In this document: positions 17,137 to 26,616 of the stretch, piece by piece
How positions within the stretch are numbered: the stretch's first letter is position 1
Layout of the letters: each line of letters begins with the position of its first letter
From: a virus
Lineage: Duplodnaviria; Heunggongvirae; Uroviricota; Caudoviricetes
Length of the DNA: 38,045 nucleotides
IMG/VR virus record: IMGVR_UViG_2778261204_000006
Location: 1 to 38,045 of that record
Reading direction: 5' to 3' (one strand)
Program-made: the position numbers and the translations under genes
Notes under the pieces: generated by a model
The model's input: only the letters and a program-made list of their open reading frames with translations
What the model was told of the DNA's origin: nothing
The model's database searches: none

Positions 17137-18629
17137 TGGCGAGGGGTATCTGGGTTTCACCCGATGAGTTCGTGGCGTTCGCCGAACCTAAAAAATCACT
17201 GACCGCGCAGATTGCCTCCCGCAGTCGCGCCATCGATTTTTACGCTCTGGGAATGTACCTGCCCAATCCTGATCCCATTCTCAAGGCTCAGGGACGGGAT
17301 ATCCGTATCTACCGCGAACTGCGCACCGACCCGCTGGTCGGGGGCTGTATCCGCAGACGTAAAGCAGCGCTCAAATCGCTGGAGCGTGGACTGGAGCGCG
17401 GTCACGCTTCTGCCCGGGTCTTCCGTTTCATCCGCGACATGCTCGACGATCTGGATCTGTCCCGTATCATCGGTGAGATGAGCGATGCCGTGCTCTACGG
17501 GTATCAGCCCTGTGAAATCATGTGGGGCCGTTCGGTCAGGGCGTGGGCGGTGACGGATATTGTCGGCAAACCACCTGAGTGGTTTCAGTTTGATACGGAC
17601 AACTGCCTGCGCTTCCGGGCGCGTGATGCGGGTGTGGAGGGGGAACTGCTGTCACCGTCAAAATTCGTGGTGCCCGCGCAGGATGCCTCGTATGACAATC
17701 CCTACGGTTTCCCGGACCTGTCCATGTGCTTCTGGCCTGTCACCTTCAAGAAAGGCGGGATGAAATTCTGGCTCCGCTTTGCCGAAAAGTTTGGCTCCCC
17801 GTGGGTAGTCGGTAAGCACCCGAGGGGCGCAAATGATGCAGAGATTGAAGAACTGCTGGACTCCATGGAGCAGATGGTGGAGGACGCGGTGGCCGCCATC
17901 CCCGATGACAGCAGCATTGAGCTTAAGGAGGCAGGCGGCAAGGCTGCCAGCAGTGAGGTGTTCCGCGAGCTGATCACACTGTCACGCAGTGAGATCTCCA
18001 TTGCATTACTCGGTCAGAACCAGACTACCGAAGCGAACAGTAACCGGGCCTCCGCGCAGGCCGGGCTGGAGGTGACGGATGATATCCGCGATGCGGATGC
18101 GGACATCATTCAGGCGGCAGTGAATCAGGTCATCAGAACGGTGGTCACCCTGAACTTTGGCGATGTGCCGTGTCCGGTCTGGGCCATGTGGGAACAGGAG
18201 GCCATTGATGACACCCGTGCCACCCGCGACGAAAAACTCACCCGGGCGGGGCTGCGCCTGACCCCGCAGTACTTCATGCGGGAGTACCAGTTGCAGGAAG
18301 GGGATATTGACCTCTCTGATGCACCGGTTGCGGACGGGGCAGTGCCTGCAGAATTTGCCGAGGCGATAAGCGCCGATCATGATGCACAACAGCAGCTTGA
18401 CGACGCGCTGGACATTCTGATGAACGGAGGTGTGTTAAATGGCACGCTGGAACCCGTCCTGGCACCTCTGTTCAGGCGGGTCGAAAATGGGGTTAACCCG
18501 TCTGAGCTGCTGGGCGAACTGGCGGAGCTCTACCCTCAGATGAGCACGGACGATCTGCAGGAACGGCTGGCCCGCATTCTCTTTGTGGCAAATATCTGGG
18601 GGCGTCTGCATGAGCGTGACAACGGCTGA
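17136..18629 (+). CDS. portal protein (Mu gp29/DUF935-like)
   Basis: 497 aa; between terminase and Mu F-like gene; TGATG coupling. Confidence 0.75.
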   Translation: MARGIWVSPDEFVAFAEPKKSLTAQIASRSRAIDFYALGMYLPNPDPILKAQGRDIRIYRELRTDPLVGGCIRRRKAALKSLERGLERGHASARVFRFIRDMLDDLDLSRIIGEMSDAVLYGYQPCEIMWGRSVRAWAVTDIVGKPPEWFQFDTDNCLRFRARDAGVEGELLSPSKFVVPAQDASYDNPYGFPDLSMCFWPVTFKKGGMKFWLRFAEKFGSPWVVGKHPRGANDAEIEELLDSMEQMVEDAVAAIPDDSSIELKEAGGKAASSEVFRELITLSRSEISIALLGQNQTTEANSNRASAQAGLEVTDDIRDADADIIQAAVNQVIRTVVTLNFGDVPCPVWAMWEQEAIDDTRATRDEKLTRAGLRLTPQYFMREYQLQEGDIDLSDAPVADGAVPAEFAEAISADHDAQQQLDDALDILMNGGVLNGTLEPVLAPLFRRVENGVNPSELLGELAELYPQMSTDDLQERLARILFVANIWGRLHERDNG

Positions 18630-19431
18630 ACTGGCGTACTGCATGACGCTTCCCCCGAAGCGGGCAATCAGCTACCTGAAGTCCAAAGGGTATCAGATTA
18701 CCTGGGACTGGGAAGAAATGTGGCAGGAAGCCCATGCCCGCGCCTTTACCGTCGCTAAAGTGACCCGCCTGGATATCCTGGAAGATATTCGCGGGGCACT
18801 GCAGCAGGCTGTCGATGAAGGAAAAACCGATCGCTGGTTCCGGCAGGAGCTGGAGCCGGCGCTGAAGCGCAGGGGATGGTGGGGACCGCGTGACACGACT
18901 GACCCGGTAACGGGTGAGCCGGTCACCATTCAGCAGGGCAGTCCGTGGCGGCTCGATACCATCTTTCGCACCAATATGTCCGTACTCTACAGCGCCGGAC
19001 GGTGGGCGGAACAGATGGAAAACGTCGATGACAGGCCGTACTGGATGTATACCGGCATCAACGACAGCCATACCCGCAGGAGCCATCTGGCGCTGCATGG
19101 TCTGGTGCTGCGCTGGGATGACCCGTTCTGGCAGGCATTTTACCCGCCGAACGGCTGGCGCTGCCGCTGTAGTGTGATTGCCCTGAGTGCGGCGGATGTA
19201 CGTGCCCGTGGCCTGAAGGTTATCAGCTCCGGCTCTGCCATGGGCCAGGAACTGAAACTGGTCTCAGAGAAAACCGGCGAAATGCGGAACGTGGCCACCT
19301 TTAATACCGGTACCACGAAGGTGACCACCGACGTCGGCTGGTCTTATGCACCGGGGGCAGCATACCGTCCCGACCTTGCCCGCTATCAGGGTACGCTTCA
19401 GCCACTGGCACAGCAGGAACTGAGAGGATAA
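18610..19431 (+). CDS. head morphogenesis protein (Mu F-like)
   Basis: Motif HGLVLRWDDPFWQAFYPPNGWRCRCSV characteristic of the Phage_Mu_F domain. Confidence 0.8.
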   Translation: MSVTTAELAYCMTLPPKRAISYLKSKGYQITWDWEEMWQEAHARAFTVAKVTRLDILEDIRGALQQAVDEGKTDRWFRQELEPALKRRGWWGPRDTTDPVTGEPVTIQQGSPWRLDTIFRTNMSVLYSAGRWAEQMENVDDRPYWMYTGINDSHTRRSHLALHGLVLRWDDPFWQAFYPPNGWRCRCSVIALSAADVRARGLKVISSGSAMGQELKLVSEKTGEMRNVATFNTGTTKVTTDVGWSYAPGAAYRPDLARYQGTLQPLAQQELRG

Positions 19432-19994
19432 TGATGGCTTCCGATAAACTGGTCGATATCACCATTAACGATAAATCCCTGCGCCGGAGTCTCCGCGCAC
19501 TGGAGCTCTCTGCCACAGATCTGGAACCCGCGATGCGCAAAATTGCCGGTGCATTGTTAACAGAAACCCAGATAAATTTTATGGATGAAGGGCGTCCCTC
19601 CTGGCTCCCTTCGCTGGCAGCAGAAGAACGTGATGGCCAGACACTGCAGGATACAGGACGTCTGATGAGCTCTGTCACCACACATTATGACCACCATCAG
19701 GCTGTCATCGGGACTAATGTGATCTATGCGGCCATCCATCAGTTCGGAGGGGAGATTAAACATAAAGAGCGACAGCAGAGTATCCACTGGCGTCAGGACA
19801 AAGAGGGAAACCTGCGTATGTCTGAACGAAGCCGGGCACATATCTCGCAGTCGTATCATGTGGACGCGTACACATCAGAAATGCCCGCCCGTCCTTTCCT
19901 GCCACTGAAAAGCGATGGGGGTTTGCAGCCAGAGGCTGAGCGTGCCGTACTGGACACGATTGTCCGCCATCTTGAATCAGCGGCCCGTCGCTGA
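19431..19994 (+). CDS. virion morphogenesis protein (Mu G-like)
   Basis: 187 aa; position after the F-like gene; TAATG coupling. Confidence 0.55.
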   Translation: MMASDKLVDITINDKSLRRSLRALELSATDLEPAMRKIAGALLTETQINFMDEGRPSWLPSLAAEERDGQTLQDTGRLMSSVTTHYDHHQAVIGTNVIYAAIHQFGGEIKHKERQQSIHWRQDKEGNLRMSERSRAHISQSYHVDAYTSEMPARPFLPLKSDGGLQPEAERAVLDTIVRHLESAARR

Positions 19995-20040
19995 GTTTTC
20001 TCTCTTCAGGCGGGTGATTTATCATTGCCAGCGAATGAGG

Positions 20041-20082
20041 GGCTGTATTACCTTTATAAAGGCTTTACAGCCTCTGTTTTAT
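20041..20082 (+). terminator. rho-independent terminator between the head-morphogenesis and protease/capsid units
   Basis: GGCTGTA...TACAGCC outer stem with inner CCTTTATAAAGG palindrome, followed by TCTGTTTTAT. Confidence 0.45.
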
Positions 20083-20144
20083 AACCGCCCCCGGTTCACC
20101 ACATTGCTTTCCCTGTCCTTCTCCCCTGATGTTTTCTAAAGCAG

Positions 20145-20184
20145 ATTAAAATCGCCGGGCCTGCATTTCTCACAAACTGTCTCC
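20145..20184 (+). promoter_or_regulatory. candidate activator-dependent late promoter (head operon)
   Basis: ATTAAAATCG at 20145 and CTGTCTCC at 20177, 32 bp apart. Confidence 0.4.
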
Positions 20185-20208
20185 GACAACATAACGCGGG
20201 ACAGCAAA

Positions 20209-21324
20209 ATGTCAGCCATTCACATTTTTAAAGCCGGTACCCATACCGATATGCACGGCAAAAAACTGCCGTTCACGCCAGACGATCTTGCCGCCTGCGT
20301 GAAAGCCTATGACCCGTCCGTCCATGAAGCACCACTCGTGATTGGTCATCCCAGAACGGAAGACCCGGCGTGGGGCTGGGTGAAAGCCCTGTCGCTCAGC
20401 GGTGTCGATCTGATGGCAGAGCCTGCCCAGCTGGACCCGCAGTTTGCTGAGATGGTCACCGACGGACGATTCAAAAAAGTGTCCGCCTCTTTCTACCTCC
20501 CGGATTCACCGTCCAATCCGAAGCCCGGCGTGCTCTACCTTCGCCATGTGGGCTTTCTCGGGGCACAGCCACCTTCCGTCAAAGGGCTGAAACAGGTGTC
20601 CTTCAGTGAGCAGGAAGAAGGTGTGGTGGAGTTCGCCGACTGGCAGGCCATCACGAATGCCTCCCTGTGGGGAAAGCTGCGCGATTTTCTGATCGCCCGC
20701 TTCAGTCTGGACGAGGCAGAAAAAGTCCTGCCGGAATGGCAGCTCAACAGTCTGCGCGAAGAGGCGTACCGCGACACACTGTCGCAGGATGCAGCAGGTG
20801 CACAATTCAGTGAGACAGGCCCGGGGCCGTCTTCCGCAAGTAACGAGGAATCATCGATGACAAAAGAAGAGATTGAAGCCCTTCAGGAGGAGAACCGCCG
20901 CCTGAAGCAGCAGGCTGCTGATCGCGATGCGCGTGATGCACAGGTCAGACAGGAGCAACTGCATAAGGACAATGTGGCCTTTGCAGAAAAACTGGTCGCA
21001 GAGGGGCGTCTGGCTCCCCGCGCCTCCTCCGTGGTGGTTGCCCTGCTGGATGCCGTCGCCGGTGGCGACAAGCCGGTGGAGTTTGCTGAGGGGGAAAGCA
21101 GCACGCCGCTGGCCACCGCCTTCCGTTCATTGCTCTCCGACGGGGAGCCGGTGATGAATTTCGCCGAACAGGCCACAAAGGAGCGTGTCGGCGACACGGT
21201 GAAGGTGGATGTGGCGGAGTTTGCGGAAGCCGATCCTGAGCGTCTGGCCCTGCATCAGAAAGCAGTGGCCCTGTCCAAAAAAGAAGACATCAGCTATGAG
21301 GCTGCTGTCGCACGCTGCCTGTAA
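20209..21324 (+). CDS. prohead protease/scaffold protein (Mu I-like)
   Basis: 371 aa; coiled-coil C-terminal half (EEIEALQEENRRLKQQ); immediately upstream of major capsid. Confidence 0.6.
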   Translation: MSAIHIFKAGTHTDMHGKKLPFTPDDLAACVKAYDPSVHEAPLVIGHPRTEDPAWGWVKALSLSGVDLMAEPAQLDPQFAEMVTDGRFKKVSASFYLPDSPSNPKPGVLYLRHVGFLGAQPPSVKGLKQVSFSEQEEGVVEFADWQAITNASLWGKLRDFLIARFSLDEAEKVLPEWQLNSLREEAYRDTLSQDAAGAQFSETGPGPSSASNEESSMTKEEIEALQEENRRLKQQAADRDARDAQVRQEQLHKDNVAFAEKLVAEGRLAPRASSVVVALLDAVAGGDKPVEFAEGESSTPLATAFRSLLSDGEPVMNFAEQATKERVGDTVKVDVAEFAEADPERLALHQKAVALSKKEDISYEAAVARCL

Positions 21325-21338
21325 TTTAAGGAGAAATC

Positions 21339-22292
21339 ATGTCTGATTACTTAAAAGGTAAACGTGTCGTTGATCCGGTACTGACCAGTATCGCCCGAGG
21401 CTATAAAAATGCCGCATTCATTGGCGAACGTATTTTCCCCGTCGTGCTGACGGACAAGGAAGGCGTGCGTGTGCCGACCTTCGGGAAAACCGCCTTTGTG
21501 GAATATGACACTGAGCGTGCCGTCGGGGCGGACAGCAATGTTCTGGTCCGTGAGAAAACCGGCACGCTTGATCTGGTGCTGGGTGAGCACGATCTGGCTG
21601 CGCCGGTGGACTATCGCGAGCAGGCGGAGTCCATGTTTAACGAGGAGAGCAAGGCCATCCGTCGCGCCACGAATGGCGTGAATCTGCGCCGTGAACTTAT
21701 CGCCGCCCGTCTGGCTCAGGATGAAAAGGTCTACCGTACCGGGCACGTTAAAAAACTGACAGCCAGTGATCGCTGGGCCGGTGGTAAGGGGGACCCCATC
21801 GGGGTGATTGAAGCCGGTATGGAAGCGGTCCGTACGGCCACGGGGCTGCGTCCTAACCTGATGACCATGGGTGCCAGCGTGATGGCGCTGCTGAAGTTCC
21901 ACCCGGCGATTCAGGCTGCCATCGGAGCCAACGAACGCAAGCGCATCACTACGGAGATCCTGCAGGACCTCTTTCAGATCGAAGAGATCGTCATCGGTGC
22001 CCCTGTCTCCCTGCCATCCATGAAAGCGGCAATGGATAGGGACAGCGTGCCGGCGGATATCTGGGGAGACAACCTGATGCTGCACTACGTCGGCAAGCCG
22101 CAGCCGGGGGCGGACAGCGCGGACGAGAACGAGCCGTCCTTCGGCTACACCCTGCGCCGTAAGGGGATGCCTGTTGCAGACAAATACGACGGTGCCGGTG
22201 GCAAGGTGAAGTACTGCCGTTATACCGATATCTACAAAGTCGCCGTGGTTGGTGGCGATGCCGGGTATCTCATCACCGGTATCAGTAAATAA
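21339..22292 (+). CDS. major capsid protein (Mu T-like)
   Basis: 317 aa; strong AAGGAG RBS; position after protease/scaffold. Confidence 0.75.
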   Translation: MSDYLKGKRVVDPVLTSIARGYKNAAFIGERIFPVVLTDKEGVRVPTFGKTAFVEYDTERAVGADSNVLVREKTGTLDLVLGEHDLAAPVDYREQAESMFNEESKAIRRATNGVNLRRELIAARLAQDEKVYRTGHVKKLTASDRWAGGKGDPIGVIEAGMEAVRTATGLRPNLMTMGASVMALLKFHPAIQAAIGANERKRITTEILQDLFQIEEIVIGAPVSLPSMKAAMDRDSVPADIWGDNLMLHYVGKPQPGADSADENEPSFGYTLRRKGMPVADKYDGAGGKVKYCRYTDIYKVAVVGGDAGYLITGISK

Positions 22293-22301
22293 GGAGGCGT
22301 T

Positions 22302-22640
22302 ATGGGAACCACTCAGCAGGTCATTCTGATTACAACCGTAACGGCAGGGGCAGAACTGGCACAGCAGCGTTTTGTCGGGGCAGATAATACCCCCTGTAAA
22401 GCCGGTGCCGCAGCGCTCGGGGTTGCCGAAGTGGATGCTGTTACCGGCGACAGCACGCCGGTGAGCGTTCTGGGCATTATTGCTGTTGAGGCCGGTGCTG
22501 CGGTCAGCCGTGGTGTGGCTGTTCAGTCAGATGCTCAGGCCAGAGCCGTGCCGCAGTCCGGCGACGGTAAATCCTGTGGTATTGCACTTGATGAAGCCGG
22601 GGGTGAAGGCGACGTCATTCGTATCCTGCGCGGGGTGTGA
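22302..22640 (+). CDS. small head-associated protein (DUF2190-like)
   Basis: 112 aa Gly/Ala/Val-rich; AAGGAGG RBS. Confidence 0.5.
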   Translation: MGTTQQVILITTVTAGAELAQQRFVGADNTPCKAGAAALGVAEVDAVTGDSTPVSVLGIIAVEAGAAVSRGVAVQSDAQARAVPQSGDGKSCGIALDEAGGEGDVIRILRGV

Positions 22641-22641
22641 C

Positions 22642-23088
22642 ATGTACTGCACCCTGGAGGATTTGCTTGAGCAGGTGCCGGAACGAACGCTGATCGAGCT
22701 CACCAGTGAAGAGATGGACTTCGACTCGCCTGCGACAGTGAATACCCGTGTGGTGGAGAGCTGTATCCGCTATGCCGACGAGCTGATTGATGCCCATCTG
22801 CGCGGACGCTATATCCTGCCGCTGGCGGAGATACCGACCGTTCTGCGGGACATTGCCATCACGCTGGTCCGTTACCGGCTCTACGCCCGCCGCCCGGAAG
22901 GTGACCTCCCGGATACGGTGAAGGATGACCACAAAGAAGCGCTGCGGCAACTGAAGGAGTTACGTGATAACAGGCTTACGCTGGGGCTGCCGTCCACTCA
23001 GAAAGATATGCCTGAGCCAGGAGAGTTTCGTGTACGCAGCCGCCCGGCCACTTTCGGCGGTCGTGACGGCTTACTGGAGAAATACTGA
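22642..23088 (+). CDS. head-tail connector-like protein (Mu gp36/DUF1320-like)
   Basis: 148 aa from ATG 22642. Confidence 0.5.
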   Translation: MYCTLEDLLEQVPERTLIELTSEEMDFDSPATVNTRVVESCIRYADELIDAHLRGRYILPLAEIPTVLRDIAITLVRYRLYARRPEGDLPDTVKDDHKEALRQLKELRDNRLTLGLPSTQKDMPEPGEFRVRSRPATFGGRDGLLEKY

Positions 23089-23552
23089 TGAATGTTCTGC
23101 CCGTCCTTGATGCGGTGCTGGCCCGGTTGCGCGAGAAGCTGCCTCAGCTGCAGGTTGAGTACTTCCCGGAAAAGCCGTCCGAATACCGCCTCAATCATTC
23201 TGTCGGGGCGTTGCTGCTGAGCTATGCAGGATCGCGTTTCGACAGGCCGGATGATACCGGTGCGGTGATCCAGCCTCAGACTATCCAGCTCTGCGTCACG
23301 GTGGTCTTCCGACAGCTCAACGGTAAAAAAGGGGCGATTAATGTCCTGGATGCTGTCCGCCGCATTCTTGGTGGCTACACCCCGCCCGGGTGCCGCCGCC
23401 GTATCTGGCTGACCCGCGAGGTGTTTATCGGTGAAGTCAGGGGGCTGTGGCAGTACGCCCTCGACTTCGCGACTGAAAGCGTCTTTATCGAAGACAGCGA
23501 TTTACCGTCCGGCCCGCTGTTAACTGAAGTGAACTATGAGGAAAGCGAGTGA
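23088..23552 (+). CDS. head-tail joining protein (Mu gp37-like)
   Basis: 154 aa; TGATG coupling. Confidence 0.5.
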   Translation: MNVLPVLDAVLARLREKLPQLQVEYFPEKPSEYRLNHSVGALLLSYAGSRFDRPDDTGAVIQPQTIQLCVTVVFRQLNGKKGAINVLDAVRRILGGYTPPGCRRRIWLTREVFIGEVRGLWQYALDFATESVFIEDSDLPSGPLLTEVNYEESE

Positions 23553-23803
23553 TGAAAGAATACCGCTATTCCGGCCCGGCCAGCGGCGTCACGCTGTCGG
23601 ACGGAACCGAAATCCTGCTCTGGCCGGGGAAGACTGTTTCCCTGCCGGAGGAGCATGACTACGTGAAGGTACTGGTGGCGCTGAAGCATCTGACGCCGGT
23701 ATCTGAAGAAATTAAACCCGCCGGCACACCGGCTGTGCAGTCACCAAAGCGCAGGAACGGCGGTGACAGCGAGGTGAAAACGGAGGACGCCCATGTCAGC
23801 TAA
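23552..23803 (+). CDS. hypothetical protein
   Basis: 83 aa; overlaps the sheath start. Confidence 0.45.
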   Translation: MKEYRYSGPASGVTLSDGTEILLWPGKTVSLPEEHDYVKVLVALKHLTPVSEEIKPAGTPAVQSPKRRNGGDSEVKTEDAHVS

Positions 23804-25220
23804 CTATCTGCATGGTCCGGAAACCATTGAAGTGGAAAACGGTGCCCGCCCGGTTAAAACGGTGAAATCTGCCGTTATTGGCCTGATTGGTACCGCACCA
23901 ATGGGGGATGTCAATACGCTGGTACAGTGCCTGTCTGAGAAAGACGCTGCGGCATTTGGCAGCCAGTTCACCGGCTTTACCATTCCACAGGCGCTGGATG
24001 CGATTTATGACCATGGTGCAGGCACCGTTCTGGTCATTAACGTACTCGATCCGTCTGTGCATAAAACCGCTGTGGTCAGTGAGAATGTGTCGTTCGACAA
24101 GGCGACAGGCAGAGCCCGGCTGGCTAATCCGGTGGTCGCGCAGCTGGTACTGAAACCGGACAGCGACGGTCAGCCTTATGTTGAAGGTCAGGACTACTCG
24201 CTTGATGCACAGACCGGGGTGATTACTAACCTGGGTAAAAGCATTGCTGCAGATGCAACGGTGAAGGCCAGCTATAACTATGCTGATCCGACCAAAGTCA
24301 CCCCGGCTGATATCATCGGTACCGTTAACGCTGCAGGCAACCGTACCGGCATGAAGCTGCTTAACGACAGTTTTAACCTGTTTGGCTACTTCGCCAAAAT
24401 CCTGATTGCTCCGGTATTCTGCACCCAGAACAGCGTCTCGGTTGAGCTTATCGCCATGGCTGAGAAACTGGGAGCAGTAACCTATATTGATGCGCCGGTT
24501 GGTACCACTTTTGCGCAGGCTCTGGCGGGACGTGGCCCGGAAGGCACCATTAACTTTAATACCAGCTCTGACCGTGTCCGCCTGTGCTACCCGCATGTGA
24601 AGGTATATGACCCGGTGACGAACACGGAGCGTCTGGAGCCACTGAGCCAGCGTGCGGCGGGCCTGCGTGCCAGAGTCGACCTGGACAAAGGGTACTGGTG
24701 GTCATCCTCCAATCAGGAAATTCTGGGGATCACCGGCGTGGAGCGCCAGCTGTCGGCAATGATTGACGATCCGCAGAGCGAGGTTAACCTGCTTAACGAA
24801 CAGGGGATCACCACGGTATTCAGCAGTTACGGTAGCGGCCTTCGTCTGTGGGGTAACCGGACGGCAGCATGGCCAACGGTCACCCATATGCGTAACTTTG
24901 AGAACGTTCGCCGCACCGGTGATGTGATCAATGAGTCCATTCGTTACTTCAGCCAGCAGTACATCGACATGCCGATTACTCAGGCGCTGATTGATGCACT
25001 GACGGAGTCAGTCAACGCTTACGGTCGCAAGATGATTGGCGATGGTGCACTGCTGGGCTTCACTTGCTGGTTTGATCCGGCCCGTAATGAAGAGACGGAG
25101 CTTGCCGCCGGTCACCTGTTACTGAGCTACAAATACACGCCACCGCCACCGCTGGAGCGGCTGACGTTTGAGACTGAGATCACCTCGGAATATCTGTTAA
25201 CCCTGAAGGGGACCAGTTGA
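23793..25220 (+). CDS. contractile tail sheath protein
   Basis: 475 aa; GGAGGA RBS; followed by tube gene. Confidence 0.8.
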   Translation: MSANYLHGPETIEVENGARPVKTVKSAVIGLIGTAPMGDVNTLVQCLSEKDAAAFGSQFTGFTIPQALDAIYDHGAGTVLVINVLDPSVHKTAVVSENVSFDKATGRARLANPVVAQLVLKPDSDGQPYVEGQDYSLDAQTGVITNLGKSIAADATVKASYNYADPTKVTPADIIGTVNAAGNRTGMKLLNDSFNLFGYFAKILIAPVFCTQNSVSVELIAMAEKLGAVTYIDAPVGTTFAQALAGRGPEGTINFNTSSDRVRLCYPHVKVYDPVTNTERLEPLSQRAAGLRARVDLDKGYWWSSSNQEILGITGVERQLSAMIDDPQSEVNLLNEQGITTVFSSYGSGLRLWGNRTAAWPTVTHMRNFENVRRTGDVINESIRYFSQQYIDMPITQALIDALTESVNAYGRKMIGDGALLGFTCWFDPARNEETELAAGHLLLSYKYTPPPPLERLTFETEITSEYLLTLKGTS

Positions 25221-25741
25221 TGTCAAAGATTGAGATAAACCGCATCACGAATGCCAACATCTATCTGGATGGTGTAAACCTGCTGGGACGGGCTGAGGAG
25301 GTTAAACTCCCCGATGTCTCCATGATTATGCAGGAACATAAAGCGCTGGGAATGGTGGGTAAGGTGGAGCTCCCGGCTGGCTTCGACAAACTGGAAGGCG
25401 AAATCAAATGGAACAGCTTTTACCGCGATGCGATGCTGTCTGCCGCGAACCCGTATAAGTCGCTGGCACTGCAGTGTCGTTCCAGCGTCCAGCGCTACAG
25501 CTCGCAGGGGCTGATTGACGAAATCCCGCTGGTCACCTTCCTGACAATTATGTTCAAGAAGAACCCGATGGGAACGTTCAAACAGCACGAGAACGCCGAG
25601 TTCTCCAGTAGCTTCACCTGCACGTATATAAAACAGGTACTGGATGGTGAAGAGCTGCTGGAGCTGGACTATCTGGCCAACATCTTCCGCGTCGGTGGCG
25701 TTGATCAACTGACCGACTACCGCATCAATATCGGGGGCTGA
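25220..25741 (+). CDS. tail tube protein
   Basis: 173 aa; TGATG coupling to sheath. Confidence 0.75.
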   Translation: MSKIEINRITNANIYLDGVNLLGRAEEVKLPDVSMIMQEHKALGMVGKVELPAGFDKLEGEIKWNSFYRDAMLSAANPYKSLALQCRSSVQRYSSQGLIDEIPLVTFLTIMFKKNPMGTFKQHENAEFSSSFTCTYIKQVLDGEELLELDYLANIFRVGGVDQLTDYRINIGG

Positions 25742-25743
25742 CA

Positions 25744-26025
25744 GTGAGTGTTGAACTGACTGATAAAGGAGGTCGATGTGCAGCACTGGGCATGTCGAAC
25801 GGTACGTGGTTTACCCTTCTCGATATTCCGGGGGTGGAAACCCTTTTTAATACCCGTAAAACCAATGACCCGATTGACTGCACACGTTCAAAGGCCCGCA
25901 AACTGGCCGATTTGATTGAAGCATGGGAGCCGCCCGACCACTGGTTCTCCGGCACCGGCAAATCTGAGGGAAAGGCGCTTCTCATCGCTTTCCTGCGTAA
26001 CTGCAAGGGGTTTCGCACTTGCTGA
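25744..26025 (+). CDS. hypothetical protein (start uncertain)
   Basis: GTG start; in-frame ATG at 25792; followed by terminator hairpin. Confidence 0.3.
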   Translation: MSVELTDKGGRCAALGMSNGTWFTLLDIPGVETLFNTRKTNDPIDCTRSKARKLADLIEAWEPPDHWFSGTGKSEGKALLIAFLRNCKGFRTC

Positions 26026-26031
26026 TATCAC

Positions 26032-26055
26032 AGGGGCTCCGGCCCCTTTCTTCTT
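26032..26055 (+). terminator. rho-independent terminator
   Basis: AGGGGC-TCCG-GCCCCT hairpin followed by TTCTTCTT. Confidence 0.45.
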
Positions 26056-26062
26056 AATCTCC

Positions 26063-26101
26063 TTTAATATCCGTTGCGTCCACCGCCAGACATACTGCCC
26101 T
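26063..26101 (+). promoter_or_regulatory. candidate activator-dependent late promoter (tail operon)
   Basis: CCTTTAATATCC at 26061 and ACTGCCC at 26094; same 32-bp spacing as the other late motifs. Confidence 0.4.
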
Positions 26102-26123
26102 GAACTTACACAGGAGCACGATC

Positions 26124-26459
26124 ATGTCACAGACCCAGCCAGATACTTTTACGCTATCTTATCCTTTCACCACTGCTGCAGGTACCAGAATTGAACAGAT
26201 TGAACTGAAACGCCTGACGGTCAAAGACCTGAAGCAGGTGCGCAAAATCAGCAAAAACCCGGCAGACTGGGACGAACCGCTGATTGCCCGCAGTACCGGC
26301 CTTCTCCCGGAAGATCTTGACAATATGGATCTGGCTGATTACCTGCAGTTGCAGAAACGATTTCAGCTCATCACTGGGATGGGTGAGAGCAACGAAGGCG
26401 CTGACGCAGGCACAGGGGCTGCTGGCAAGGTGGTTCAGGTTTCAGCCGGGGGAGATTGA
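26124..26459 (+). CDS. tail assembly chaperone (P2 E / lambda G-like)
   Basis: 111 aa acidic protein immediately upstream of tape measure; AGGAG RBS; overlapped by an alternate-frame ORF 26284..26541. Confidence 0.55.
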   Translation: MSQTQPDTFTLSYPFTTAAGTRIEQIELKRLTVKDLKQVRKISKNPADWDEPLIARSTGLLPEDLDNMDLADYLQLQKRFQLITGMGESNEGADAGTGAAGKVVQVSAGGD

Positions 26460-26616
26460 TGCCCTCGATACTGACGATCTGGAGATGTGGCTGGAGCAGG
26501 CTGAAGAGCAAATCAGAAGCGAGTACGGCGACAAATCGTAGCACGGACAGCCGCCAGTGGCGGCTGTTCTGCGTTATCCCCTCACGTCTTTTCACCTTCC
26601 CCGGAGGTTAACCACT

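Noticed and set aside
21351-22085. 244-aa minus-strand ORF inside the major capsid gene
   Set aside because: Antisense to a well-supported structural gene; no independent support.
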